A model generated the notes under the pieces. That model worked only from the letters and a program-made list of their open reading frames with translations, was not told the DNA's origin and searched no databases. This document shows positions 1 through 8,886 of a stretch of 64,000 nucleotides of DNA, piece after piece (the stretch's first letter is position 1; every line of letters starts with the position of its first letter). The translations under genes and the position numbers were made by a program. Origin of the DNA: Candidatus Kaiserbacteria bacterium CG10_big_fil_rev_8_21_14_0_10_47_16 (GTDB lineage: Bacteria; Patescibacteriota; Minisyncoccia; Phycocordibacterales; UBA918); contig PFBI01000006.1 of the NCBI GenBank assembly GCA_002773395.1, positions 335,860 to 399,859 on the forward strand. Direction: 5' to 3'.

Positions 1-867
1 CGCGTGAATATTTTGTGCTTCAGTAATCTTTCGTTCGATGTCACCAAGGCGACGCTCGATGTCAGAACGTTCTGCATCACGTACACCGCTCTTGATAGAA
101 CTAAAGAGTGCATACGCCTTCGCCATTTCAGTTCGCACTCGTGCTGAGAGCTTATCGTATGACGGAGTATCGACACTCTTTGTTGCATCTGCTGTTGCTT
201 TCGCGTCGCGCACAACACTTGCAATACCATTTGCTGGTGCACTACGTGCATCTGTTCCCTTGAGTACCGCTGTCTGCACTTCAAGTGCAGTACTAAATGT
301 GATTTCAGCAATCGCTGCTTCATCAGCATCACTCTCTTTAAGTTCAGTAATACCCTTCTGTGCTGCATCTGCATGTTCTTTCACATCAACTGCAATCGCT
401 TCTTCAATATCATTCGTAAGCTTCCCTTCCTTTGCAAGAAGTCGCGCTTCTGCAATACGACGTTCCATGAGTGACGTTTCAAAACTTACCTTCTCGTACG
501 GTGAGTTTGCAAACTGTCCGAGAATTGTTTCATTCACATTTGTCTTCACTGGGTAGAGTACATCCCCTGGCACAGAACGTTCTGCAATAAATGGAATCGT
601 TCCAATGATGAGCAGGAACATAAATACACCAGCGGTTGCGCGGGCATACGTGTGTGTACTCAGTTCACTTATATATTTAAATGCGTAGACGCTTCCCGCC
701 CACGCGCGCTGACCGAGGTCAGGCTGCGCCTGTTCTGTTTGCAGATTCTTCGGAAGCGGGTGGTACTCCATGTACGTCAAAATCCGATCGCGAAGCTCTG
801 CGCGTTCTGCCGCCTTGAGGCGAGTTTTTTCTGCGTATTTTGCTATTTCAGTATCAAAAGATTTCAT
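1..867 (-). CDS. Membrane-anchored DUF5667-type protein, putative anti-sigma factor (3' end runs off the window)
   Basis: Read manually from ATG at 867: MKSFDTEIAKY..., a TM segment (GVFMFLLIIGTIPFI), then SVPGDVLYPVK...ERRIAEA, typical of DUF5667. Lies directly downstream of the ECF sigma gene. Confidence 0.7.
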   Translation of the reverse strand, partial: MKSFDTEIAKYAEKTRLKAAERAELRDRILTYMEYHPLPKNLQTEQAQPDLGQRAWAGSVYAFKYISELSTHTYARATAGVFMFLLIIGTIPFIAERSVPGDVLYPVKTNVNETILGQFANSPYEKVSFETSLMERRIAEARLLAKEGKLTNDIEEAIAVDVKEHADAAQKGITELKESDADEAAIAEITFSTALEVQTAVLKGTDARSAPANGIASVVRDAKATADATKSVDTPSYDKLSARVRTEMAKAYALFSSIKSGVRDAERSDIERRLGDIERKITEAQNIHA

Positions 868-871
868 ATCG

Positions 872-1468
872 TTATTTTGCTTCCCCGCCGTAGTAGGGCG
901 AAGTACGTCTGATGCGTGCCATTTCTTCTGCGGTCTCGATTCGTTCTTTCAGAATCTTGATTCCTCGATGGATCCGTACGGAGACGACGTTTTCTGATTC
1001 TTCAACCAGATCACTAATCTCTTTTGGACCAAGGCCGTCCACGAAACGGAGCGTGAGTACTTCCCGATACATGTCCGGAATGTCCCCCATCATTTCGAGC
1101 GCCTGCTTTGCATCGAGTGCAAATGTCATTTCCTCAAGTGAGCCTTCGTGCAACTCGTCAAAATTTCCCTCATCTATCCCTTCTTCACTCATCAACCCAT
1201 CGAGTGACACGCTCTTTCGTTTGCGGTACTCGTCGATAATGAGATTGTTGAGGATTTTATAGAGAAATGGTTTGTACGAATCAACCGTATGCCCACTCCG
1301 AATATAACTCCATACTTTCGTAAATGTGTCATGGACGATTTCAACCGCCCGCTCACGATCCGAAAGTCGGTACGTCGCATGCCGAAACAAAGCGTCGGCA
1401 TATTCATCAAACGCTTTCAAAAAGCGATCTTCCTGATTTCCTCCACCTTTTTCTTCTCCCAAAGACAT
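872..1468 (-). CDS. ECF-type RNA polymerase sigma-70 factor
   Basis: Region 2 (DTFTKVW...FLYKILNNLIIDEYRK) and region 4 (EVLTLRFVDGLGPKEIS...VSVRIHRG). Start taken at ATG 1468; the ORF track starts at 1516. Confidence 0.9.
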   Translation of the reverse strand: MSLGEEKGGGNQEDRFLKAFDEYADALFRHATYRLSDRERAVEIVHDTFTKVWSYIRSGHTVDSYKPFLYKILNNLIIDEYRKRKSVSLDGLMSEEGIDEGNFDELHEGSLEEMTFALDAKQALEMMGDIPDMYREVLTLRFVDGLGPKEISDLVEESENVVSVRIHRGIKILKERIETAEEMARIRRTSPYYGGEAK

Positions 1469-1536
1469 GTGGAAACCATTATAAGCGATGACGGGCCAAA
1501 AGCCGATATCTTTCACCGTACAGTGAGGATAGCCAG

Positions 1537-2154
1537 TTATGCCATCTTTTTGAGCAGGTCAAGCAACTCGGGGAATGTTTCCTGGAGGAAGTGGCCACGA
1601 TCTTCAAAAATATGCATGTGGGCTGCGGGGAGCAATTCCTGGAGACGTTCCGCATGAGAAAATGGCACAATATCATCGTCCTTTGAGTGAAAAAGATGTA
1701 TGTCCTTTATAGTATTTGAAATGTCCTTTACAAGATCTGGCTTAAAATGGAAATCCCCGCCGTCTTCCTCACCAAAATCATCTTTATAGGCGGGAGCACC
1801 GACAGTAATAAGGCCTCTTACTGCAACAGGTAACTGATTTTCAGAAAGGTACCTGTAGAGAAATTCGCCGCCCTGTGAGTGACCAATCAAAATCACCCCG
1901 TCATGAAGAAATCCGAAGTAGCGCTCGAACCATATCTTCCATTCCTCATATTTTGCGTTGTTATGACTCGGCATTGAAGGTCGATAGACCTCAAAATCGT
2001 CCCCGAGTACTTCCCCCATGCTTTTGGACCAACCTTTTCGCGGTGATTCAAGCCCAAGCGGGTCACTAATCTCCATTGTACGAAGTCGCTCAAGATACAT
2101 CTCGTAGGTACTAAATGCTTCCCCTCCATGTATATGTACAATTTGCTGTTTCAT
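1537..2154 (-). CDS. Alpha/beta hydrolase (RBBP9/YdeN-like)
   Basis: GHSQGG nucleophile elbow, HSKDDDIVP and GHF catalytic motifs. Confidence 0.85.
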   Translation of the reverse strand: MKQQIVHIHGGEAFSTYEMYLERLRTMEISDPLGLESPRKGWSKSMGEVLGDDFEVYRPSMPSHNNAKYEEWKIWFERYFGFLHDGVILIGHSQGGEFLYRYLSENQLPVAVRGLITVGAPAYKDDFGEEDGGDFHFKPDLVKDISNTIKDIHLFHSKDDDIVPFSHAERLQELLPAAHMHIFEDRGHFLQETFPELLDLLKKMA

Positions 2155-2157
2155 ACT

Positions 2158-3081
2158 TTAAAACCAACGTTTCTGGATAAAGAAGTGTGTCACAATCGCC
2201 ATTGTTGTCACAATCAGGATCCCCACAAGCCAAAACGAGTACGGATGATCTGCAAGCGGCAATGGAACATTCATTCCGTAGAGTGAGGAAACAATGGTCG
2301 GGATGGTAAGAATAATAGTGAGCGCCGTGAGCATCTTGATCGTGCTATTGAGCTGCTGTGTGAGAATCGCTTCTGATGCACCGCGAATATTCTGAATGGT
2401 TTTAAGGACTGAGCGTGCAGAATCTGCAAGCTGACTGTTCGCAATCATAAGATCTTCCATAAGCGCAACGTCCTCCGTGTACATCTGAATATGACTTCCG
2501 ACAGTAAGCTGCTGGAGCCACGCATTCGTAGGAACAATCGCTGAGAGCGTGTCATTGAGCTTGTGTTCAAAGGTTACCAAACGTTGAATATCCTGCCCGT
2601 GAATGTCCTGCACGCGGGTACGGTCTCGGTACACCGCCTTTCGCATACGTGTGAGGTCATGATCGAACGACGATGTGAGGGCGGACATAAACTGAATGAA
2701 GAGCTTTGTCTTTTGCGTGGTAACAATTTCCTCTCTTCCATCAAAGAAGGGTTTCAGAAATGGTACGTCACGCTGCGCGACAGTGAGTACAAATGATTCC
2801 CCTACCACAATAAGCAGCGGTGCTGAATCCGTATCTTCTTTCTTCTCATCAAACGGATACCGTGTAAAAAAGTACGAAACACTTCCCGATCGTTCAAAGC
2901 GTGGAACCTCAAAAAAATCCTTACTATCAGCCACAATTTGAGCATCAAGCCCGTACGATTCCACAAGGAGTGCAATCTCTTCTTCGCTTGGCGCGACCGC
3001 ATGCGTCCACATGCCCGTGCGGATATCTTCCGACGTTTTGAGCTCAGTATCTTTTACGGTACGAAAGTAGTGTGTGATCAT
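2158..3081 (-). CDS. corA: CorA-family magnesium transporter
   Basis: YGMN signature followed by two C-terminal TM helices. Confidence 0.9.
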   Translation of the reverse strand: MITHYFRTVKDTELKTSEDIRTGMWTHAVAPSEEEIALLVESYGLDAQIVADSKDFFEVPRFERSGSVSYFFTRYPFDEKKEDTDSAPLLIVVGESFVLTVAQRDVPFLKPFFDGREEIVTTQKTKLFIQFMSALTSSFDHDLTRMRKAVYRDRTRVQDIHGQDIQRLVTFEHKLNDTLSAIVPTNAWLQQLTVGSHIQMYTEDVALMEDLMIANSQLADSARSVLKTIQNIRGASEAILTQQLNSTIKMLTALTIILTIPTIVSSLYGMNVPLPLADHPYSFWLVGILIVTTMAIVTHFFIQKRWF

Positions 3082-3500
3082 AGTGTTTCAAAATATGCTT
3101 CTAACGCTCGACGGTAACTATCAAACAGAGAGATGTTCGGTAATTCTTCTTTGGTAATCCATTGTACTTCTGCCACTTCGTCTTGTGCAATACGTAAGGG
3201 TTCTTCGGGATTTTGCATGGTTGCGGTGTACGCAACTAACAGTCTATAGGCTGCTTCTTTTTTATGAAAATGTTGTTCCACATACACTACCCTCCCAATA
3301 TCACAATGGACACCGAGTTCTTCATACAATTCGCGTGCAAGACCTGATTTTGGATCTTCATTTGTATTTAATCGTCCGCCCGGTATTTCCCACGTGGTCG
3401 CATCATTGACGCCGCGTGTAATAAGAATTTTATTGCCTTGAGAAATGATACCTTTCTGTGCAACTTTTCCAGAGAAATGTTCTTCGTCCCGTTCTTGCAT
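3078..3500 (-). CDS. NUDIX hydrolase
   Basis: Nudix box GG...NE...ARELYEELG. Confidence 0.9.
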   Translation of the reverse strand: MQERDEEHFSGKVAQKGIISQGNKILITRGVNDATTWEIPGGRLNTNEDPKSGLARELYEELGVHCDIGRVVYVEQHFHKKEAAYRLLVAYTATMQNPEEPLRIAQDEVAEVQWITKEELPNISLFDSYRRALEAYFETL

Positions 3501-3777
3501 ACACAGGATTATATCACTCCCTCTACAGAACTCGCATTTTTTGTAGTGTAGTGGTATTATTTCGCGTACGTTTGACTGGGTTTCCTGGTCAGATTTAGGG
3601 CTTACGAGTTGTATCTTCGCCTACCGGCTCGATACCCCTCCTCTTCGCTCGGATATCGAGAGTCGCAAGCAAACGATATAAAGAACGAGTCACAAGAGCA
3701 TCGGGTTGGCTGCATCCGCAGCACCCCTCGCTCGAAAGTCATGAATAAAAACAAGCTTTTATTCACTCTTTCTCACT

Positions 3778-3848
3778 CGGGGTGTAGCATAGTGGTAGTG
3801 TACGCGGTTTGGGACCGTGTGGTCCGGGTTCGATTCCCGGCTCCCCGA
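3778..3848 (+). tRNA. tRNA-Pro(TGG)
   Basis: CGGGGTG...CTCCCCG acceptor, anticodon loop TTTGGGA, GTTCGATT T-loop; CCA not encoded. Confidence 0.93.
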
Positions 3849-4107
3849 CAAAGACGAAGTTTTTGTCCATGTAGAATCACAAGACTTCTCCGAGAAACAC
3901 GGCTGACTAGCGTGTTTCGAGCATCCTATAAGTCCAGTGAATTGTTTGTCGATAGTAGTGTCGACAAACTCCAACTGGAAAAATCTGCCGACGAGGCAAT
4001 TTTTCCAGGCAATACTAAAACAAATAAAAGACAGGTTCTGCCTGCCTTTTATTGTAAAAATATATAAATCCTGTAGTATTCCACCGAACAGCACCTTGGA
4101 GGTCAAA

Positions 4108-4398
4108 ATGCCAAAATACCACGTAATAGCGTGGCGAGCTCCGGGTGAAGCAGCTTGCTTCTTTCGCGGAGACAATCGTTACGCCATATACCTGCCTTTC
4201 ATCTCATCGACAGGTATAACAAAGGGGTGGGTTTCGGACATTTCTGAAGCTCGAGTCTTTGAAGGTTACCCTTGTCTAGACAGAAGAAGTGCTTCGAAGA
4301 GACTCGATCTCTCGAGAATTCGAGTCTTCCCCTACGATGGACCCATCTTATCCAGCCAGATCTTCCGGCCCATAGTTAGGCCGCGCTCCCGCTTCTAA
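4108..4398 (+). CDS. Hypothetical 96 aa protein
   Basis: GGAGG 6 nt before ATG 4108 and a hairpin after the stop; no recognisable family. Confidence 0.45.
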   Translation: MPKYHVIAWRAPGEAACFFRGDNRYAIYLPFISSTGITKGWVSDISEARVFEGYPCLDRRSASKRLDLSRIRVFPYDGPILSSQIFRPIVRPRSRF

Positions 4399-4445
4399 CA
4401 AGACACCACCACACCCGACGGAATCACCTCCGCTCGGGTGATTTC

Positions 4446-5109
4446 TGTTTCACATGAAACTTCCTAGCTAAAATATAAAAACCTAAAAGGGCGCGTCCAC
4501 GAGAATGTGAAACGCGCCCTCCGTGTTGCTATGAATAAAGATCTTCTGAGTAGAAGAATACGCCTATTTTTTGGAATGTCAATACCCCAACTCCACCCCC
4601 TCAACAACCTCCACAACCGCGTACTTTTCACGTGGAACGGTCCTGACCGCTGCTACATCCACCTGAATATCCCCTTTCCAAGCCTTTTCTGATATCCATG
4701 TCTCAATGACGCGCCGTAAACGCTGTCTTTTATGAAAATGCACGTTATCTTCCGGTTTATACGTTCCATGTGAAACATTCCGCTCTAAATCCCCTATTGT
4801 TTCATGTGAAACTGTTTTTACCTCAACAAAGTATACTTTTAGGCCTTTTTTAAGAATAAGATCAATCTCTCCCCACTTCTGGCGATAGTTCCGCTCCAAC
4901 ATCTCAAATCCTCTCTCCATATACCAAAGTGCCGCAATATCTTCACCTATAACACCAACAGATATGTGTGCCGGTGCATTCATGAGGATGCTGTCACTAT
5001 GTTTCATATGAAACAGTATACCGTGTCTTATACCGCTACCTGCATGGGTTTCATGTGAAACACGTACAATATGGCTTATTTATTGAAACAATATGTTCCA
5101 CGTGGAACA
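4446..5109. promoter_or_regulatory. Cluster of seven parS (ParB-binding) sites
   Basis: 16-mers matching TGTTTCACGTGAAACA at 4446, 4624, 4762, 4798, 5000, 5047 and 5094; 5000 and 5094 are perfect palindromes. Confidence 0.88.
4579..5007 (-). CDS. yraN: YraN-family (UPF0102) PD-(D/E)xK nuclease-like protein
   Basis: GEDIAA...ERNYR..WGEIDLI...FVEVK motif; the start may be 4983. Confidence 0.88.
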   Translation of the reverse strand: MKHSDSILMNAPAHISVGVIGEDIAALWYMERGFEMLERNYRQKWGEIDLILKKGLKVYFVEVKTVSHETIGDLERNVSHGTYKPEDNVHFHKRQRLRRVIETWISEKAWKGDIQVDVAAVRTVPREKYAVVEVVEGVELGY

Positions 5110-5350
5110 TATTGAAATACAGTGTACAACATGTACTTTATGAGAAACCTATATTTTGAGCCCTTTCTATGCAAAAAGTGTCTTTTATAGCGATGTCCTT
5201 TATGCACATATCCCCTCTCTTATGCACAGTTTTCCACTGCCTGAATGAGTAAAAGACGGTGTTGACTATATATTGTTATGTGGTATAAATACCAATAGTT
5301 TACGGTCTTGTCCTGATATACATCACAATTTGCTTGGGAAAGGGTACTAA

Positions 5351-5782
5351 ATGACGACCTACAGTGGAAAAAAGGGTAGCGAGAGCCTGAGTATGGCTCC
5401 ATTTACCTTTATCGGCGGTCTTTTCTTCCTAGGGTTTGCGGCACTCGCCGTAACCGTGGGATACGTTCAGGACTTCAAAAACGTCCACTGGGGCGGTGTC
5501 CTTGCTTTCGTGGCAATCGGCGCCACCATGATGTGGTACGGAGCGGCGGGTATGCGGGCCGATCGCAAGAAAGCGCTCAACACAGCCCCTGTGCAAACTC
5601 AGCCGGCTGAGACCAGTCAAAAAACCACGGGCTGGATACTGCTGGCGGGTTCGGCTGCAGTCTGTATTCTGTCAACAGCCCTCAGCTACGGCAACGTTCT
5701 TTCCGACTTCTGGAGCGGCAGCGCATTGGGGATCGCCCTAAGCATTGCCGTCTGGGGTCTGGTAAGGATCTTCCGGAAGTAA
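5351..5782 (+). CDS. Hypothetical four-TM membrane protein
   Basis: Four hydrophobic segments; terminator at 5803-5850. Confidence 0.7.
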   Translation: MTTYSGKKGSESLSMAPFTFIGGLFFLGFAALAVTVGYVQDFKNVHWGGVLAFVAIGATMMWYGAAGMRADRKKALNTAPVQTQPAETSQKTTGWILLAGSAAVCILSTALSYGNVLSDFWSGSALGIALSIAVWGLVRIFRK

Positions 5783-5802
5783 TCACCGCCACCGGCCGGT
5801 TC

Positions 5803-5850
5803 AAGCCTCGGGTTTCAAGGATCGTATGATCTAAGAAACCTGAGGCTTTT
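5803..5850 (+). terminator. Intrinsic terminator
   Basis: AAGCCTCGGGTTTC...GAAACCTGAGGCTTTT. Confidence 0.7.
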
Positions 5851-5865
5851 CTAATACCTAAAAGG

Positions 5866-5894
5866 TTGACGGACTGGCGTATTTCCTGTACATT
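5866..5894 (+). promoter_or_regulatory. Sigma70 promoter for the rpsN-secY operon
   Basis: TTGACG-17 nt-TACATT. Confidence 0.65.
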
Positions 5895-6216
5895 AGCCCT
5901 CGTAGCGTTTACGCATTCTCTAGTGAGTTACGTAGAAACAACGCACCGATCAAAACGATTTCTCCGGAAATCTGAGACGGAACGCGAATTTTTTCGTACC
6001 TACGAGAATTGCGGGTAGGGGAGGACGGTCACAACATACTATGTGAGACCACTCGTCAAACGTTTGAAAAAGATTTCTGTGGCGAGCTGCCGCGTTATGG
6101 GTCCCGACCGACTCATCACCATATGGGATATATGGCTCTGTCGTCGGTCATCCCATGCCTTGCACTTCATCCACATAAATACTTTTCCAAGAATATTACA
6201 ATTCTAATTTACTTAG

Positions 6217-6402
6217 ATGGCACGAACATCAATCATCGTACGCTCACAACGTGAGCCGAAGTTCAAAAGTCGCGTCGTCCGACGTTGCTTCAAATGTGGT
6301 CGCAAGCGTGGGTACATGCGCGACTTCGACATGTGTCGTATTTGTTTCCGTGAGGCAGCAAACGAAGGGGTATTACCAGGTGTAAAGAAATCATCATGGT
6401 AG
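6217..6402 (+). CDS. rpsN: 30S ribosomal protein S14 (zinc-binding type Z)
   Basis: RCFKCGR...MCRICFRE...PGVKKSSW, 61 aa. Confidence 0.97.
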   Translation: MARTSIIVRSQREPKFKSRVVRRCFKCGRKRGYMRDFDMCRICFREAANEGVLPGVKKSSW

Positions 6403-6791
6403 GAGATCCAGTAGGGGACTTTATCATCCAGCTTAAGAACGCTGGCATGGTAGGGAAGATGGAAGTAAATCTTCCATACTCAAAGCTCAAAGCAGCAATT
6501 GCTGACAAGCTTGCTGAAGCAGGTTTCGTCGCGAGTGCTGAAAAGCGAGGAAAGAAGGTAAAGAAGACACTCGATGTTGTACTTAAGTACGACGAACGCG
6601 GTGACCACGCAATTCGTGGAGTACAGCGCATTTCAAAACCTGGTCGACGTCTCTACATCGGTGTATCAGACATTCATCCAGTAAAGTTCGGAAAGGGTAA
6701 GCGTATCCTTTCAACTCCTGCAGGTATTCTAACCGGCGAAGAAGCGCGCGAGAAGAATGTTGGTGGTGAGGAACTCTTTATTATTTGGTAA
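6396..6791 (+). CDS. rpsH: 30S ribosomal protein S8
   Basis: DPVGDFI...SKPGRRLY...STPAGILT...GGE. Confidence 0.97.
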   Translation: MVGDPVGDFIIQLKNAGMVGKMEVNLPYSKLKAAIADKLAEAGFVASAEKRGKKVKKTLDVVLKYDERGDHAIRGVQRISKPGRRLYIGVSDIHPVKFGKGKRILSTPAGILTGEEAREKNVGGEELFIIW

Positions 6792-6801
6792 TAGAACGTA
6801 T

Positions 6802-7335
6802 ATGAGTCGACTTGGAAAAATCCCCGTAGTAATCCCGTCAGGTGTCGAAGTGACATTTGTTGGTGGTATGCTCACGGTCAAAGGACCAAAGGGAACACTT
6901 GCACGTCCTGTTACCGATGCGGTGACGGTTACGATTGCTGATGGCGCAGTGACGCTCGCACCAAAAGTTGGCGCTGAAAACGCACCAGCGCTTTGGGGAA
7001 CGTACGCAGCACACCTCCGCAACATGGTTGAGGGTGTTACGAACGGTTTCAAAAAGGAACTTGAGATTGAAGGAGTTGGATACCGTGCGGCAGCGCAAGG
7101 ACGAAAGATCACACTCAGTGTTGGTTTTTCACACCCGGTAGAACTTGAAGCACCAGAAGGTATCGAGATTGCTGTTGAGAAGAACCTCATCACGATTACC
7201 GGAAGTGATAAAGATGCTGTTGGTCAGTTTGCGGCAAACGTACGCGAAGTGAAGAAGCCAGAACCATACAAGGGGAAGGGTATTCACTACGTTGGCGAAT
7301 ACATTATTCGAAAGCAGGGTAAGAAGGCTGTGTAA
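6802..7335 (+). CDS. rplF: 50S ribosomal protein L6
   Basis: MSRLGK...KGPKG...PEPYKGKGI. Confidence 0.97.
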   Translation: MSRLGKIPVVIPSGVEVTFVGGMLTVKGPKGTLARPVTDAVTVTIADGAVTLAPKVGAENAPALWGTYAAHLRNMVEGVTNGFKKELEIEGVGYRAAAQGRKITLSVGFSHPVELEAPEGIEIAVEKNLITITGSDKDAVGQFAANVREVKKPEPYKGKGIHYVGEYIIRKQGKKAV

Positions 7336-7346
7336 GGTAATTGCGT

Positions 7347-7691
7347 ATGAATAACTCGAAAATAACACTCCGAACTCGACGTCACGCACGTATTCGTTCA
7401 CGTATCATTGGTACCGCAGAACGACCACGTCTTGCAGTCTTTCGTAGTAACCGTGCGATTTACGCACAGCTCATCGATGATGCTGCGGGCACAACGATTG
7501 CTGCGGCTGACTCACGAACAATGAAGGAGACAACATCACGCGGACGAGCCGGCGAAGTAGGGAAGGCAATTGCAAAAGCAGCAACAGCAAAAGGAATTAC
7601 TGCGGTCGTATTTGACCGTGGAGGATTCCAATACCAAGGCGTCATCGCAGCAGTTGCTGACGGTGCACGAGAAGGTGGTCTTACATTTTAA
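7347..7691 (+). CDS. rplR: 50S ribosomal protein L18
   Basis: RPRLAVFRSN...VVFDRGG...AREGGL. Confidence 0.97.
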   Translation: MNNSKITLRTRRHARIRSRIIGTAERPRLAVFRSNRAIYAQLIDDAAGTTIAAADSRTMKETTSRGRAGEVGKAIAKAATAKGITAVVFDRGGFQYQGVIAAVADGAREGGLTF

Positions 7692-7709
7692 TCACATTAA
7701 GTATTGCGT

Positions 7710-8324
7710 ATGACAGAAAATACAACAAAGGATTCAGTACCAACAACACCTGTTGCGACTGAAGGCCAACCGGAGACAGCTGCCCCACAAACTGCGGGAG
7801 CACCTGCGAGCGAAACGCCAGATGAACGCAAGCGTAACCCACGACGACCACGTCGCGCACGCCGCGGTGGAAATCGTCGAGAGGAACGCGCGCGTCCTGA
7901 GTTTGAACAAAAGATTATCAGTATCCGTCGTGTAACACGTGTGATGGCCGGAGGTCGTCGATTCAGTTTCAGTGTTGCGATGGTTATTGGTGACAAGCGC
8001 GGAAAGGTAGGCGTTGGTATCGGGAAAGCGGGGGACACCCAGCTTGCAATCGAGAAGGCGTACCGAGATGCGAAGAAAAATATCATGACGGTACCAATGA
8101 ACAAGACCCAGCACATCCCACACGACGTTACTATCAAGTACGCGTCGAGTGAGGTGATGATCATGCCTGCACCAGGACGTGGACTCGTTGCCGGTTCATC
8201 AGTACGTACCGTACTTGAACTCGCAGGAGTAAAGGACGTGACCGCAAAGCTGCTCTCACGATCAAAGAACAAACTTAACAATGCACGCGCTGCAATTGCT
8301 GCGCTCGAGCTTCTCAAAGCGTAA
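7710..8324 (+). CDS. rpsE: 30S ribosomal protein S5 with low-complexity N-terminal extension
   Basis: RRVTRVMAGGRRFSF...GDKRGKVGVG. Confidence 0.97.
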   Translation: MTENTTKDSVPTTPVATEGQPETAAPQTAGAPASETPDERKRNPRRPRRARRGGNRREERARPEFEQKIISIRRVTRVMAGGRRFSFSVAMVIGDKRGKVGVGIGKAGDTQLAIEKAYRDAKKNIMTVPMNKTQHIPHDVTIKYASSEVMIMPAPGRGLVAGSSVRTVLELAGVKDVTAKLLSRSKNKLNNARAAIAALELLKA

Positions 8325-8334
8325 TGAAATTACT

Positions 8335-8784
8335 ATGCAACTTCACGAACTAAAACCAACGACTGCACGCAAGGTCGCAAAGCGTATTGGTCGCGGCGGC
8401 AAGCGCGGAAAGACCAGTGGCCGTGGTATGAAAGGCCAGAAGGCACGTGCTGGAAACAGTATGCGTCCAGAAATGCGTGACATCATCAAGAAGCTTCCAA
8501 AGCTTCGTGGTCATGGAAAGAATCGCGCGAAGACAGTGAACGCGGAACGACCAATTGCAATGCCGGTAAATATTGCGGCACTTGCACTCGCGTTTCCAAA
8601 GGGTGGTGAAGTATCACCAAAGAGTCTCGTTGGAGCAGGAGTTATCCGATCACAGCGCGGAAAAGCGCCGCTGGTGAAAATCCTCGGTAACGGCGAGATT
8701 ACTCAAAAAATCACGGTGACTGGATGTAGTGTTTCTGCATCAGCACGTGAGAAGATTGAAAAGGCTGGAGGGACTATCGTGTAA
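8335..8784 (+). CDS. rplO: 50S ribosomal protein L15
   Basis: RIGRGGKRGKTSGRGMKGQKAR...KIEKAGG. Confidence 0.97.
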   Translation: MQLHELKPTTARKVAKRIGRGGKRGKTSGRGMKGQKARAGNSMRPEMRDIIKKLPKLRGHGKNRAKTVNAERPIAMPVNIAALALAFPKGGEVSPKSLVGAGVIRSQRGKAPLVKILGNGEITQKITVTGCSVSASAREKIEKAGGTIV

Positions 8785-8886
8785 ATGGAGAGTGCCCGCG
8801 CCTACGGCGCGGGCATACTTCTTTACCATCCTTTTTGCTATACTAGACGAACTATCCGTATTTGATTGGCCACTAACCCTAAAACG

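Noticed and set aside
38-556. Plus-strand 172 aa ORF
   Set aside because: Antisense shadow of the minus-strand DUF5667 gene, which the ORF track missed because it is truncated
6009-6254. 81 aa ORF upstream of rpsN
   Set aside because: TTG start with no recognisable features; the region is better explained as a structured leader
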